DNA from: Anolis carolinensis
Lineage: Eukaryota
Direction of reading: 5' to 3'
Assembly (NCBI RefSeq): GCF_035594765.1
Contig: NC_085842.1
Span: forward strand, 157,183,036 to 157,247,035
DNA: 64,000 nucleotides
The notes under the pieces are model-generated. The model was not told the DNA's origin. It made no database searches and worked only from the letters and a program-made list of their open reading frames with translations. Positions within the stretch are counted from its first letter, which is position 1. The number at the start of each line of letters is the position of its first letter. Shown piece by piece: positions 38,412 through 51,420 of the stretch. The position numbers were made by a program, and so were the translations under genes.

Positions 38412-38733
38412 CACCACCACCACCACCATCATCATAATACCCCTTTTTGATGAGAGGGCACTGAGCTTTCGTGGTGGCATGGCCTAAACCTGTTGTTGAT
38501 GTTGGTTGATGCATTCTTATGAAGTTTTTACTCTGCTGGTTGTAATTGATATTTTATATGTTACTATGTGTTATATATTGTTTTAGTGTTGTTGTTTTAT
38601 TTTGTCTTATGTTGTTATGCATTTTAATGTATTACATTTTAAACTATGTCGTTCGCACTTGGCCCCATGTAAGCCACCCCGAGTCCCTTCAGGGAGATGG
38701 AGGCAGGGTACAAAAATCAAGGTATTATTATTA

Positions 38734-39077
38734 CAGTAGAGTCTCGCTTATCCAACCTTTGCTTATCCAACGTTCTGTATTATCCAACGCAGTCTACCTT
38801 TTAGTAGTCAATGTTTTTGTAGTCAATGTTTTCAATACATTATGATGATTTGTTGCTAAATTCGTAAATACAGTAATTACTACATAATGTTACCATGCAT
38901 TGAACTGCTTTTTCTGTCAATTTGTTGTAAAACATGATGTTTTGGTGCTTAATTTGTAAAATCATAACATAATTTGACATTTAATAGGCTTTTCCTTAAT
39001 CCCTCCTGATTATCCACCATTTTCGCTTATCCAATGTTCTGCCGGCCTGTTTATGTTGGATAAGAGAGACTCTACTG
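38734..39077. mobile_element. Tc1/mariner-pogo type MITE
   Basis: TIR CAGTAGAGTCTCGCTTATCCAAC, TA TSD; second copy at 62859-63197. Confidence 0.85.
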
Positions 39078-39299
39078 TATTATTTTTTAAAAATATGTTT
39101 TAGCTTGTAATCTTTGTTTCTGCTGGGCTTGGTCCCCATGTAATCCACCCCCAGTCCCTTCGGGAGAGATGGTGGCGTGATGTAAAAATAAAGTTATTAT
39201 TATTATCATCACCATCATATCCCCTTTTGATGAAAGGGCACTGAGCTTCTGTGGTGGAATGGCATCCCCCTGTTCTAGAAGGAAGCACAGAGCTGGCCC

Positions 39300-40390
39300 T
39301 GGCCATTCCCAGCATCCCGCTTGTGCGTGGGGCGCCTCTCCTAGGCTTGCTAGGCCTGCCTTCCTTCCCTCCGCCCTCCACACCTTGGCCAGGTAAGGGG
39401 GCTCGCGGGGAGCTGGGTGTCCTCAACCCAGAGAAGGATTGGATGGAGAGCGCGCTCCTGCTCCTTCACCTCGCCCCCTCCCCTCGCGGGCAGCAGCTCT
39501 TTCTCTTCCTCCGCACAGAAGGATGACGAGGAGCAGCCATGACTCCCTCCCTCCCTCCCCACTCACTCACTTGGTCACTGCACAAGCCGCACACAGCAGG
39601 GCCTCCCCGCCTCGCCTCCATCACTGCCGCAACGCCCGCCCTTTGGCCCCCCATTGGTCTCAAAGCCGGCCTCCCCCTCCCCCACCCGCGCGCCCTTCAA
39701 CCGCCATTTGCCTTTCCTCCCCCCCCTCCCCCCTTCTATCTCTCTCTCACTCTTTCCCACCGTCGAACCTACCCCCCTAACGGTTGGTTTCCTTGGTCAC
39801 TGGCGGCGGCTGTTCCTCCTATTGCCGCCACCCCCGCTGGGTGAGCCGGGCCCGGGCAACCCACCTGCTTCCTGCGCGCGCGCCTCCTCTCTTCCTCCTC
39901 CTCCTCCTGCCGCCCAGCTGACTCTGCACTCTCGGAACAAGAGCAGCAGCAGCAGCGAACTCGCGCGCGCGCTCTTCTCCCTCTCTCGCGCGCGCCACCC
40001 CTCCCCTCCTTCTTCTCCTCGCACCCGGAAGCAAGCAAGCAAGCAAGCAACAGCAGCGGCGTTGAGATCCACCAGGCCCGTGAACTCGACGCTCTCGCGA
40101 GACCTCGCCGCTGCCGCCCCCTCGCGAGATTTCCCCGCTGTCCTTCGTCTCCATGGTAGCAGGAGCTGCAGCCGCTGCTAGAGCTGCTGCTGCAGGGCGC
40201 GGAGGAGGGAGGGAGTCCTTGAAGGCATCGTGTGGTGTTGTTGTTGATAAATAGCCGGGAAGGAAGGGGGAGACGGTGTTCCTTCACAGGAGAGGAAGAG
40301 CTCGGGCGAAGGGGATGCCAAGCGGGGCGGGGGCAACGACGACGAAAGACCAAGCGCTCAATGTAATATGTAGACGTGTGCGCGAGAGTG
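39300..40390 (-). promoter_or_regulatory. ARF3: CpG island / ARF3 promoter with probable non-coding exon 1 ending at 39571
   Basis: The dominant CpG-dense block outside the BEL leader; minus-strand GTGAGT donor at 39570-39565; CCAAT at ~39653-39657; GC boxes. Confidence 0.75.
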
Positions 40391-40401
40391 GCAACACTGA
40401 A

Positions 40402-40533
40402 GGCCCTTCCACCCAGAATATATAACCCAGAATATCAAGGCAGAAAACCCCACAGTATCTTCTTTGAACTGGGTTATCTGCCCAGTTAAAAGCAGATAAC
40501 GTGGAATTTTATTCAGCTGTGTGGAAGGGGCCC
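40402..40533. mobile_element. Harbinger-like MITE (internally deleted)
   Basis: Same termini and body as 27618-27767. Confidence 0.7.
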
Positions 40534-40800
40534 GTGGCTGGAGTTCACAGGGAAAACAATGCCTGTCAAATTCACAACACCCTGTCACGCTGTACTGTCA
40601 AAGCGCTATGATTCCACTTCAACTGCCATGGCAGCTTGCAGTGGGTGTTGCCATGGCAACCAGAGTGGAATCAGTGCTGTATCTCTCAAGACCCAAATAC
40701 AGCGATGCTTAACTTCCGGCCAGCCAGGTGTTAAGGAATGGCAACTGAGAACAATGTCACAGGGCATTATTATTATTATTAGCACTGTTATTCCACTTTA

Positions 40801-40950
40801 GGAGCTCCTGGTGGTGCAGCGGTTTAAACGCTGAGCTGCTGAACTTACTAAGCGAACGGTCAGTGGTTCGAATGTGGGGAGTGGGGTGACCTCCCACAGT
40901 TAGCCCCAACTTCTGCCAAACTAGCAGTTCGAAAACATGCAAATGTGAGC
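40801..40950 (+). mobile_element. Sauria SINE 5' part
   Basis: A/B boxes and family body. Confidence 0.75.
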
Positions 40951-40974
40951 AGAGAAATTGTTCATTGCTGCCAA

Positions 40975-41320
40975 CATTGCATCTGCAAAGAACCATCCAG
41001 CTGAGCTGTTTCGAGTGGTCAGAGAGCTGTTACATACTGGTTTTCAAGGAGAAATCCTTGACCATTCATCAGCCCCTTAAGATGAATTTGCACTGCACTT
41101 TGTAGATAAGTAGCTCAGATCCTTTCTGATTTGGATACTGTTGTCGATACATGGATCCTACTTGTCCAGATCCTTGCCCTTCCTTACGGATCAAACAGGC
41201 CAGAGAGGGCTGGCAGAGTGGGTGAAGGTGGTGGTCAATGCCTCCTTGGGACAAAGCAGAGTTCCAGCTTGCCTAAAGAATGTACTTATGAGGCCTACAC
41301 TAAAAAAGCCATCCCTCAGC
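40975..41320 (+). mobile_element. L2/CR1-clade LINE ORF2 fragment
   Basis: Degenerate ELFRVVRELL, DEFA..F.DK, DPCPS, VVNASL..VPACLK..LKKPSL motifs. Confidence 0.65.
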
Positions 41321-41334
41321 CGTCCTATAATGGA

Positions 41335-41600
41335 CATCTATCGGCCAGTACAAGTGGTCCCAGTGGTAATCGGCACACTGGGTGCCATACCAAAAGATCT
41401 CAGCCAGCATTTGGAAAAAATAAACATTGACAAAATTACGATCTGTCAACTGCAAAAGGCCACCTTATTGGGATCTGCATGCATCATCCGAAAATACATC
41501 ACACAGTCCTAAACACTTGGAAAGTGCTCGACTTGTGATTTTGAGATACATTTGCTGTGTCATACTATGTCTTTGTGTCAATAATAATAATAATAATAAT
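41335..41600 (+). mobile_element. R4/Dong 3' fragment with (TAA)n tail
   Basis: Reverse-complement match to 12674-12930; PVVIGTLGA..LQKATLLGSA motif. Confidence 0.8.
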
Positions 41601-44079
41601 GGTACTATAACCATGTAGTGCAGAGCTTTCCAAACATTTCACTTTTTAGACATGCAACATATTATGATATAACCATTCAGTTTTACTAGCAAACTGGAGG
41701 TTAAACCAACCCCTTATAAGAGATAGGGATGCATATATAAATTGTAATAATAAAGCGTATGGGAACACAACACATATCATGAAAACTTTGATGGCATGCA
41801 GATATATATAGCCAGCTCCAGAAACATGGATGAGATTTTAGCCTGGCCCAGCAAAGCAGTTCTCCCCATTGAAAACTATGCATCTTGATCAGCCCTTTTT
41901 TGTAATGGTTCTCAAGATGATTGCCATGATGGAGATAAGAAACACGGGTTATTATAAAGAAGGTCATCCCAGAATGTATGTATACTGTCAAAGAGAAGAG
42001 ACTATTTTTTCTTGACAGAGAAGCTTAGGAAGATAAACATTATATACAGACAGGAGAAATTGGAAGGACTATCTTTTTATTTCAATATCAGAAGACTCTG
42101 GACAACAACATCTCAACAAATGAAAGAATTCTACAATAATCTGAAACATGATCTGGAAGAAAAGGAACTGGAAGAAATTGGATGAATTGATCTGTTCCCT
42201 TAAAGATAAATCAACACAATACATACTTTAAAAAAACTGGAATCCTTGTGTGGAATAGATGAGTATGATATTTAAAGATTTGCCTGTAACATTGTTTAGT
42301 GCTTTAAAATATTGATGGAAAGAAGAACAATGTTAAGGCAAATGTTAGACAACAAAATTATTATTTGTTTACCTCCTTCTTTCTTATGATAAGAAAGAAG
42401 AGTGTTGGTAATATAATGTGTGATATTATCTTGGGGTAAGGTCGGGTGTTTTCTCCAAAATATGTTAGAAAACTACATTCTATGTAGGAGGCAGTATCTG
42501 AAGGTCTGAAGATCATTGTAATTTAGTGGTAATGGATATTATACAGATGCAGGTTTTATTTATTTATTTCTATCATTTCTACCCCCGCCCTTCTCACCTG
42601 AGGGGACTCAGGGCGGCTTTTGGTAGTTTTACATATATTTGTGTGTTCTATTTTGTCTTTTTCTTGAAAATAATTTATATTTTAAATAAAAACCACAATA
42701 TTTTTGCTCCCTAGTTATACCCTTGTTTTTGTCTAATGCACTATCTATTATAAAGTGACCATTCATTTATAGATCTGACTTGGTTTAGTGAAGTGATTGT
42801 CTAGTCCAGCTGCCTCTTATTAAACTTGTGCTGCTTGAACCTCTCAAATCATTGACTTTCCCCTGTGTTTGCAATAACTCCTAAATGCTTTCACAGTCTC
42901 TGCTAGGATTCTGCAGCTCATCCATTTCCACCCCAGTGTTCTATCTCAACTGGAAAATGTTTCTGATTTTTCCAACTGCATGTTTTATGCACATCTGGAC
43001 ATTGAGGTGAGAAACCCAAAAGTTTAATATTGGAACCTTTAGTGATAGCCTGACATAAAAGTAAGAGGATGAAATAGATGTGGAAATGAATTGATGGAGA
43101 AAAGGATCCAGCTGTAGGTGAACAACCAGTGTGATTCAATATGGAGAAGCCTTATTAAACGGGAGGGATTGGGAGAATATAATAGACGTGAGAGGGAAAA
43201 ACATAGACTTCAGATACTATACAAGGCAAGTGGGCCACCAGATCATATCCTGCTTTTTTTAATATCAAAGATAAGCTCTTTCAATGCATCCCTCTTATGG
43301 AATGAAAGTTAAAGCAGTGGGCAAACTAGTCTTTTTCAAGAGTCATCCTATTGCAGATATATTTAACAGTGGGATAGGACAACCCAAAAAATGTTGAATA
43401 TTACCACCTACATCTAGCAAATTTTCTGAACGATGCTGAACTGCCTCTGGCTTTTTGACAAGGGCTGCAAAACTGTACCCACGCACCTGGAAATAGGTCC
43501 CACTCAATTCATTAGTTCACATTTATTCACAGACTTGGAGAGGATTATACATTCAATGAAGTAAGAGGGAGTATGAAGGAGAGGAGCAAAGAGTGACATC
43601 TTCCTTCTGGTTATGGCAAACAGTTTCATTTAGCAGCACATTGAACAGAAACTGCATGAAACAGACTGCTAAAGGAATCTCTCCCATTCATCTCATCATA
43701 GGAATTCCCACTGCTTTGTGTTATCTCAATCTGGACATACATGAGCCGCAGAAACCACAAGTTTGGACCATGGCATTGACCTAAAATGCAAACACACAAT
43801 AGCCAGTTGCATTGCATTTACTAGTCAGGCTGATTGTGGTTTGAATTAACCCTGATGGTGGAAGGATCTGATTAATTTCCTCCTACTCCTGAGGCCATGT
43901 CTCCTGTTTGCTTCATCTAGAGATGGTTCAAAACAAGTCTGTGCAATGATGTGGAAGTAATTTGCTGAAATGTGAACAAAACCTTTGATTTTTCATGTGC
44001 CTTTAAGTAAAGTACTGCTAGTTTGCCAGTTGAAGAGGCACCTCTTATTTGATACACACCAGGATATGTTCATGTTCAG

Positions 44080-44305
44080 GCCCGGGCTGTGGTGCAGGCT
44101 GGAGAGCAAGCCAGCTGCAACCAGCTGCAATGAATCACTCTGACCAGGAGGTCATGAGTTCGAGGCCCACTCGGAGCCTATGTTTGTCTTGTCTTTGTCT
44201 TGTCTTTGTCTTGTCATGTTAAAAGGCATTGAATGTTTGCCTATATGTGTAATGTGATCCGCCCTGAGTCCCTTTCGGGGTGAGAAGGGCGTATAAATAA
44301 ATAAA
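44080..44305 (+). mobile_element. tRNA-derived SINE with L2-like tail (related copy 58280-58755)
   Basis: A box TGGTGCAGGCTGG, B box GAGTTCGAGGC, tail GATCCGCCCTGAGTCCC...(AAAT)n. Confidence 0.6.
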
Positions 44306-47300
44306 TGTGGATTAATTCATTTTTGCCCCATTATATGGACTGATTTTTTACTATGCTTGCTTACAGCGTTTGCTCTTGGCAGACAATCTTCTAAATGAAA
44401 ATATCTCAGCCAACCTTTTAATTATAAATGAACATACAAACAAAATACAGTGGTCTGCAATCCAGGTCTTGTGGCATGTACAGGTGACTTATGGAACAGA
44501 GTCTATGTACAAACTGATTTGTGGAAAGCACTGCTAGAAAACACATTAGAAATATGCAGGAATAGCAAAGGGATTCAATAGGGCAAATCCCATTTATAAT
44601 GAACATTTTTAACTGATTCATTTGATCCCTGGCATCCTGAAAAGGAATAAATGAGTACTGAGCAGCTGTTAATGACTAATAGCACAGATCCCAGCATATC
44701 TATTCACAAGCAAGTCCTATTTGTTGTATGCAGGATTACAGCTTCATGCCTTGTCTAAGCAATCTATGGAATCAATGCATTTTAGTTTTTCATAATGATA
44801 ATACATGACTTCCACTAAAGAATACCGGGAACTGAAGTTTGGAAAGATGTTATATATATTTACAGGGTTCCCTGTTTCTATCCCGTCCCTTTCCCACAGA
44901 CTACTTTCAAGTCTCTAGGGAAGAGGGAATGACTTTAAGCCAATTTAAATTCACAGAATGTCTATGTATTGACTTTATTGTACCATATGTTATCATAGGC
45001 TAGAGTTTGTTTGGCTGTTGCAAAAAGTGGTCTTGAAGGATAGGTAGGGACAAAAGGTGTTGTGTCCTGCAAATATTTGGGTGATTTTCAGAGAAATGAA
45101 AGTAAGTTTGAAAGAGGAATTGTTGCTCACTTCTTAGACAACATACCATTTTCATCTGTGTTAAAATGATTTTGCAAATTTTTGAATGCAAAAACCTGCA
45201 AAAAATATTCAGTGAATGCTGACACTATGATAAAATGAATGTATGTGCAAACCAAGGGAAGCAATAACTCTCCCAGAACTACTTTTTCACATTTCTCAGA
45301 ATCTGGTGATAAATTTAAATTGGTTTAAAATCATTCCCTTTTTGTTGGAGCCTTAAGAAAAGTAGTCTGTGAGAAAGAGGCAGGATAATAACAGGGAACC
45401 ATGTCAATATTTTTAATCATTTTCCAAACTTCCGTTCCCAATGTTCTTTGGTTGAAGTCAGACTCATGTGTCCAGCCTGAGTTGCCCTATCTCCAAAGAT
45501 GATTGAAGAATGCAGGTCTAGAAGTAAGGACAGTGTAAGTTTCATGCACTTACTATATAGAAGAGGCTACTTTTAACTTCCCAGTGTTCAAGAAAACCCA
45601 AGCTGTACTGCAGCAAGAGCATCACACATATTCATTCATGGCCAGTGGCCACCACCAAATCTACTTATGCTGTCGATGTATGATTGAGGATGGGAATTAT
45701 GCATCTCCCATATGTTGTAGGATCGCAAATCCCATCACTCTGATGGAGAATGCTGAGAGTGGCAGTCCAGGAATATCTGGAAGCCTGCATGTTAAAGGTA
45801 CACAACTGCTGTGCCACAACAGAGATGGATGGAAATTGGCACACTGTCCTCCTCCCTCTCCAGCCCTACATTGAGATGGTTGTTGGAGTAATGTCACACA
45901 CACTGATACACCTCTTTTCCCTACTGCACTCACCCGCTGTCTTCACATGCACAGTTGACTGATTTCTCCAAACAAAACCACTCCCTGATGAAGTGCACAG
46001 AGACACTCATGAAATGAAGTCATGGCTGCGGGTGGAGACCAAGTTGAGTTCACCAAGGAGATCTGGTCCAGCCTGACTCAGAGCTCGGAGGGTCCCTTTT
46101 GGGTTGGGACCAGAATGAGGACACTGGCAAATGGCTGAGGACCACTGCCTTTGCATCACAGAAAGGCCGTCTCAAAGGAACTCGGTCTCTATGGTCTTTC
46201 AGGTCACAGTGCATGGGGAGGACAATAAATATCCCATAGTATCACTTACAAATTTCATCAGCATCTAATTTTCTCAAATGAGAAAGAAAACTAGATGCTG
46301 ATGAAAAAGCGACACAGCATGAGCCCCCTTCCCGCAAGATAAAATGGTCTTCCATTCAAATCAGTTTTGTCACATTTTTATACTACTTCGAGCATAAAAT
46401 GCTTGCCTCATTCTGACACATTTTCAATAGGGAGCATGCTGGAAATGCGTGGACATTTTCCACCTGGAACTCACAATACCTTCAAACGTACAAGTGTGTA
46501 TCATTTCCTACAGAAAACTGCATGATGTGGTACAGTCCAAACTACATCCTATTATCTGTTCCCATTTCCTTCCTCTCCTATGTATATATACTAGCAGTGG
46601 CTGATGATTTCTATGTCAGTGGGGCAGTGAAATAGGTCTGAATGCTTGCCCATGGCCAAACATTACTGGTGCTAGCCAAGGTCCTGAACCGAATGGTGAT
46701 TCAGTATCATAAACAGATCCTTTAAAGTTCAGACTGGAACCTAGAATGCATTTAGTTTCCTGTCATTATAAAAGCCGTCATTGGTATGTGCATGTATTTA
46801 CACACAGGCACACATAAAGGCTTTTATGAGATCAGTTGGTGCAAATATCATGCTGTCCCCTTTCCACATTACTTCACTTCTTCTTCCTCTTTATAGTTTG
46901 ATTATCATAAAAGCAGTTCGGTTAATTTTATGTACACATTCATTCACTTAGATAGTTTATGTTGATTAGCTATTTATAAAATGCACCTTTTTAAATGGGC
47001 AAAGCTAATGATTCTCACAGCACATCAAAGAAGTGGAATGGGAGGAATATTTAAGTCAAGTTTGATTCTCAGACATTGCCTTTTTAACATCACAGAAGGA
47101 TCTCAGAACATGAGTAAAGAGATGTCTTTGAGTACAGATGAAGTGACTTTCCTTCCTCACTGAGTCATTTCAGTGACAATAATATATATAAGTGCAAACA
47201 AACTTTCCGGAAGTGGCTCTACAGTCACAGTATGAAAACCACAACTCCTAGCATCATTGATAATTGCTATATTGGCAGGAGCTGATAACTGTTGTAGTCC

Positions 47301-50300
47301 AAAATATGTAGCGAGTGCTGGGTGGAGGAATGATGTCTTCAAGCAGTCTTGCCCAAAATCTCCTTTCCCAGCCTTAAAGTGAGTAAGGTTACATGCAAAC
47401 ATAGTTGTTGCCCGAGGGCTAAATCGACTCACACACAGTCCTATTGTCAGGGGTCTTTCCCCCCCTGGTGGAATGAATAATTGTCACTTGAATGGAGAGT
47501 GTTTCCGCTCCCACTTCCCACACACACATTTTAATCCAAAGACCTCCTTGTGTAGGGGCATGTTTTCATTCAGAGGCATTGGAAAGACCTCTGAGCATTG
47601 GTTCCATCTGGAAGTACGCATCATCCCAGGACTGACTCAAACTGCAACCTTGCAGTGGCCACATAGTAAATCACCCTATAGAGCTGGCTGCAGCAAGCGC
47701 CTTTCCCTGCGATCAGAGCCAGGGCCTGACAGAAGGCAGCAGGAATTTCTAGAGGCTGCGGTCTGGGTTGGAAAGATATGTTCTGGCACTGAGACATATG
47801 ACTTTTTTGCACACACATGCTGATCCCATACACACAATCACATGCATTTCCCACATTTACTGAACACTCACAGGCATGTGCTGGAAAATCCTGAGATGAT
47901 CCATTTGGTTGCACAGTTGTAGCCAAACTGAAACATATACCCTTGGCTTATGGCATACACATGATCCTGTTGATATCAGGCATCTCACATACATAGAGCT
48001 TTTCTAGACATTTCTGTGTCATTTATCTGTAGTAGAAACTTGACAACTGTCCTTGTGTTACTCCTGAAATAGGCTGGTGAATGCATGTATGTACAAACAT
48101 TTCTCTCCCACACCTACCCACACATACTAGTTTTTGCTAATCTTGGGCATGTTATCTTTTAGACTGGTTTCAAGAATCTCCTGAGCAGCATCATATGTGG
48201 GTAATTCTGGGAATTGTAGTGCCCGAAAACTGAGTCAAGACAAATCTTAATGCAATAGCAGCAGGATAGTGCAATCTTGTGCACACTCATGCAGATACAC
48301 ACCTCTTCTCATGCTCTTGAATAAAAACAAAGGCACCAACACAGCTAGTGGTCTTGCCTGTGTTGCGCATTTTAATCAAAGATTGCATCACCATCTATCA
48401 GGATTATTTTACCAGTAGGTATATTGAGGGCAGGTTAAGATCACCTTTGGTGTTCCTCCCTACTGTACAGTTGAAATTTATTTTATACATGTGAATGAAA
48501 ATGAGCAAACACACATATATCTAGGTAATTCATTCAAATAGGGAATTTGCTCCCTCTCTAACATCTGTGAGACAATTGAACTTGTCAGTGTCCCTGCATG
48601 CAGCTTGGAAGGTGTCAATTATAATGTATAATTATACATTGTACAGGAGTGTGGTAGTGGATATTAGTGTAATGATTCCTTTTCCTTATACCATTAAGGA
48701 TAGCACAACTGAACAGGCATCTGCTTGAGCTGCTTATATTTCAGAGACTCCAAGGGAAAACAATCCCTTAATAATGAAAACAAGTCTCCTTCTCCAGTCC
48801 TGGGTCTTGGGAAAATAAGAAGAATTGAACTATTGGATTAATTCTGCTTCACCCAAATCCCTTCTCCCCTGAAAAGTTTCCAGGTTCACTCCCCTTTTGT
48901 TCACTTTGTATCTATGAATGGAGTTGTATGGAAAAGGGGAAAATATATTTCTCTCCTGCCCTGGCTTCTTTTATTTCAAGATTTATTTGCAGTAGGATTT
49001 TCCTTTTTCTCCAGTTTCTTGTTTAAGAAGACAGAAAAGAAGCAGTGGGAAATAGACATTTTGAGCATGGCTATTTAGAGAAAGGCTATCCTATGGCCCT
49101 GCGAGATGAACTGGTGGCCACCTTAGCAGAACAGGCTTTAAAAGGGGAAAGTTTCATCTAGGAATAGTCAGCGAGCAAAGTAGTCTGTCTTCACTGATAT
49201 ATGTATGAAGGTCATTTCCCTTTCTATACCATTCCTGTCAAATATGATGGCAAATGTATTTTTTCTGACCCCAGCCATTCTAGAAACTGTTTTGTATATT
49301 GCGCTCTTGTCTTCCTGTAACGGCACTCCATGCAGTCATGCAAGCCACATGACCTTGGAGGTGTCTATGGACAATGCCGGCTCTTTGGCTTAGAAATGAA
49401 GATAACCACCAACCCCCAGACTCAGACACAACTAGACTTAATGTCAGGGGGAAACCTTTATCTCCTGTACAATAGAACCCCGACTTAAATGTTAATCAGC
49501 TCTCTTGTGAGGTAAAGATGCCCATCTCTCTTAGCTGACATCTTGTGTGTTTTTTGGTTTAGTCCCTTTGGCTTTTCACAAGTCCCGCCTCTTACAATTT
49601 ACAATCTTTTTATTTTGCTTTTGTTTTACCAAATGAATGGGCTGATGGTGCAAGATTCGGTGGTTGGTGCATTTTTTTTTGCACAAGGTCTGCCATCCTG
49701 GTAAATATACATAAGAAATTATACTTTTCTTCACTGGGCAATCTTAAACAGCAGTTGTATGATTTTGGGTCTGCTGTAAAAGTTGCAATGGAAGAAGGCT
49801 GGACTCAAGTCCATGATTCTAACCATGTTGTCACACTGTGGCTTTAATGCATGCAGCTCCATTCTTCTGGTGCTTGCAGAATTATGGGGAATGTAGTTTA
49901 GAGTGGGGCATTTTGAAAACTCAGCTAGAGAGGTGCTTGCCTTCGCAAACTACATATCCCAGGATTCTGCAGACATCAGAAGAATGGGGCCGCCCACTTT
50001 AAAGCCCCAGTGTGATAAGTGTAGGTTCACCCAGGACAGCATTATAGCTTGAACCTAATTGCCTGCCTATCCTGCATATACCTAGGCATGTGAAAGTGGC
50101 CATAAACCTGGCTATCCTGAACTGAGTTTATTTCCCGCACTTTAAAAGACTTTACAGATATAATTCAAGAAAGAAGAATGGAGGCCATGTAGGAGTAGAT
50201 TCCAGTGCCCTTTTGTTGGCATTGCTGTTATCGATTAGCTGTTTTTGTTGTTCTGAACAACTACACACCCAACAACATTTTGCAGATGAAAACTAGGGCA

Positions 50301-50640
50301 CATGTGGCCAAGCAAGATCAGAGTGTGACTAAGATGGCAAAAGGCTTGAGGAAGGACACACAAGCCAGGAGAGACACAAGCTAGGAAAGCCAACTGGAAA
50401 GGACAACATTTCTGTCCTCCTCTACTAAATTGAGAGCAAACTGCTTTAGCAGTTTGAACTAATTTTGAGGCAATTAATATAAGGTGGGGGGAAAGGGAAA
50501 GTGGGAGGAGAAAAGAGAAACTGGGACATTTAAAAAGCTATTGGAAAAATGTACTGACGGAGAATTAATAAGGACTCTCCTTGCCAAATAAAGGCAGTTG
50601 GAGGGTATGCAACTGCAGTATTTGCAAAGAATGGTGTGTT

Positions 50641-50742
50641 TGGGTTGCTGTGAGTTTTCCAGGCTGTATGGTCATGTTCCAGAAGCATTCTCTCCTGACA
50701 TTTCACCCACATCTATGGCAGGCATCCTCAAAGAGTGTGAGG
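50641..50742 (-). mobile_element. Penelope-like pLTR fragment
   Basis: Matches 15761-15858; hammerhead core mutated (CTGA to TTGA). Confidence 0.7.
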
Positions 50743-51420
50743 TAACGGTGTGTTTCCCCCCGCCTAATCAATGCATATGTAAACACATGCTCACACGCTG
50801 ACTGGTCAAAGGTTTCATGCTGGGCATCCTTCTTCACTGGCTATATTGTGTCTCTGGAACCAATAGTCTGGCTTTAACAAGTCCACAGTCTCCCACACTC
50901 TCCTGAGTCCTGGAGAAACCCAGCCTAGGATCTTTGCCACTTGTTTTAGCTTTTCTGCTGGTCCATTCAACAACAGATATTTTAAAAGGAAAGCAATGGG
51001 ACTTCCATGTTCTACACTGTATCCCTACCTCCCCCTTAATTTTGGATGGTCTTTTGCTGCAAAAAAAGTCAGACAAATTGCACCACCACAGAAAAACAGA
51101 ACTTCGGCAAGCTTTTATAGAATCTTCCATGCAGAATGGAGAATTCCCATCTCTAAGTGCCATTTGTTTGCAGACAGACTCTCATTCTGGACTAAGAGAG
51201 GCCAAGATACCCAGCATCTTCAACGACCTTATAGGAGAACAGTATCAGTCACTGGGGAATGTTGCCTTCTGAGGTGTGGCTCTATCCAAAAGCTCCATGT
51301 CTGCTTATGCAGACTGATGCTGGCAGCTGTATATTTGATGTTCATCCTGCCAGGAACATGATCCTTTGTGGGACTCCATATCCCATGTAGCAGCACAGTC
51401 ATTGGGGAACTGCCCCCCAT

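Noticed and set aside
39819-40154. Minus-strand ORF (METKDSGE...) with strong Kozak context as an N-terminal extension of ARF3
   Set aside because: Splicing 39865 to 32205 gives 346 nt before the ARF3 ATG, which is out of frame; ARF3 also needs its N-terminal Gly2 for myristoylation
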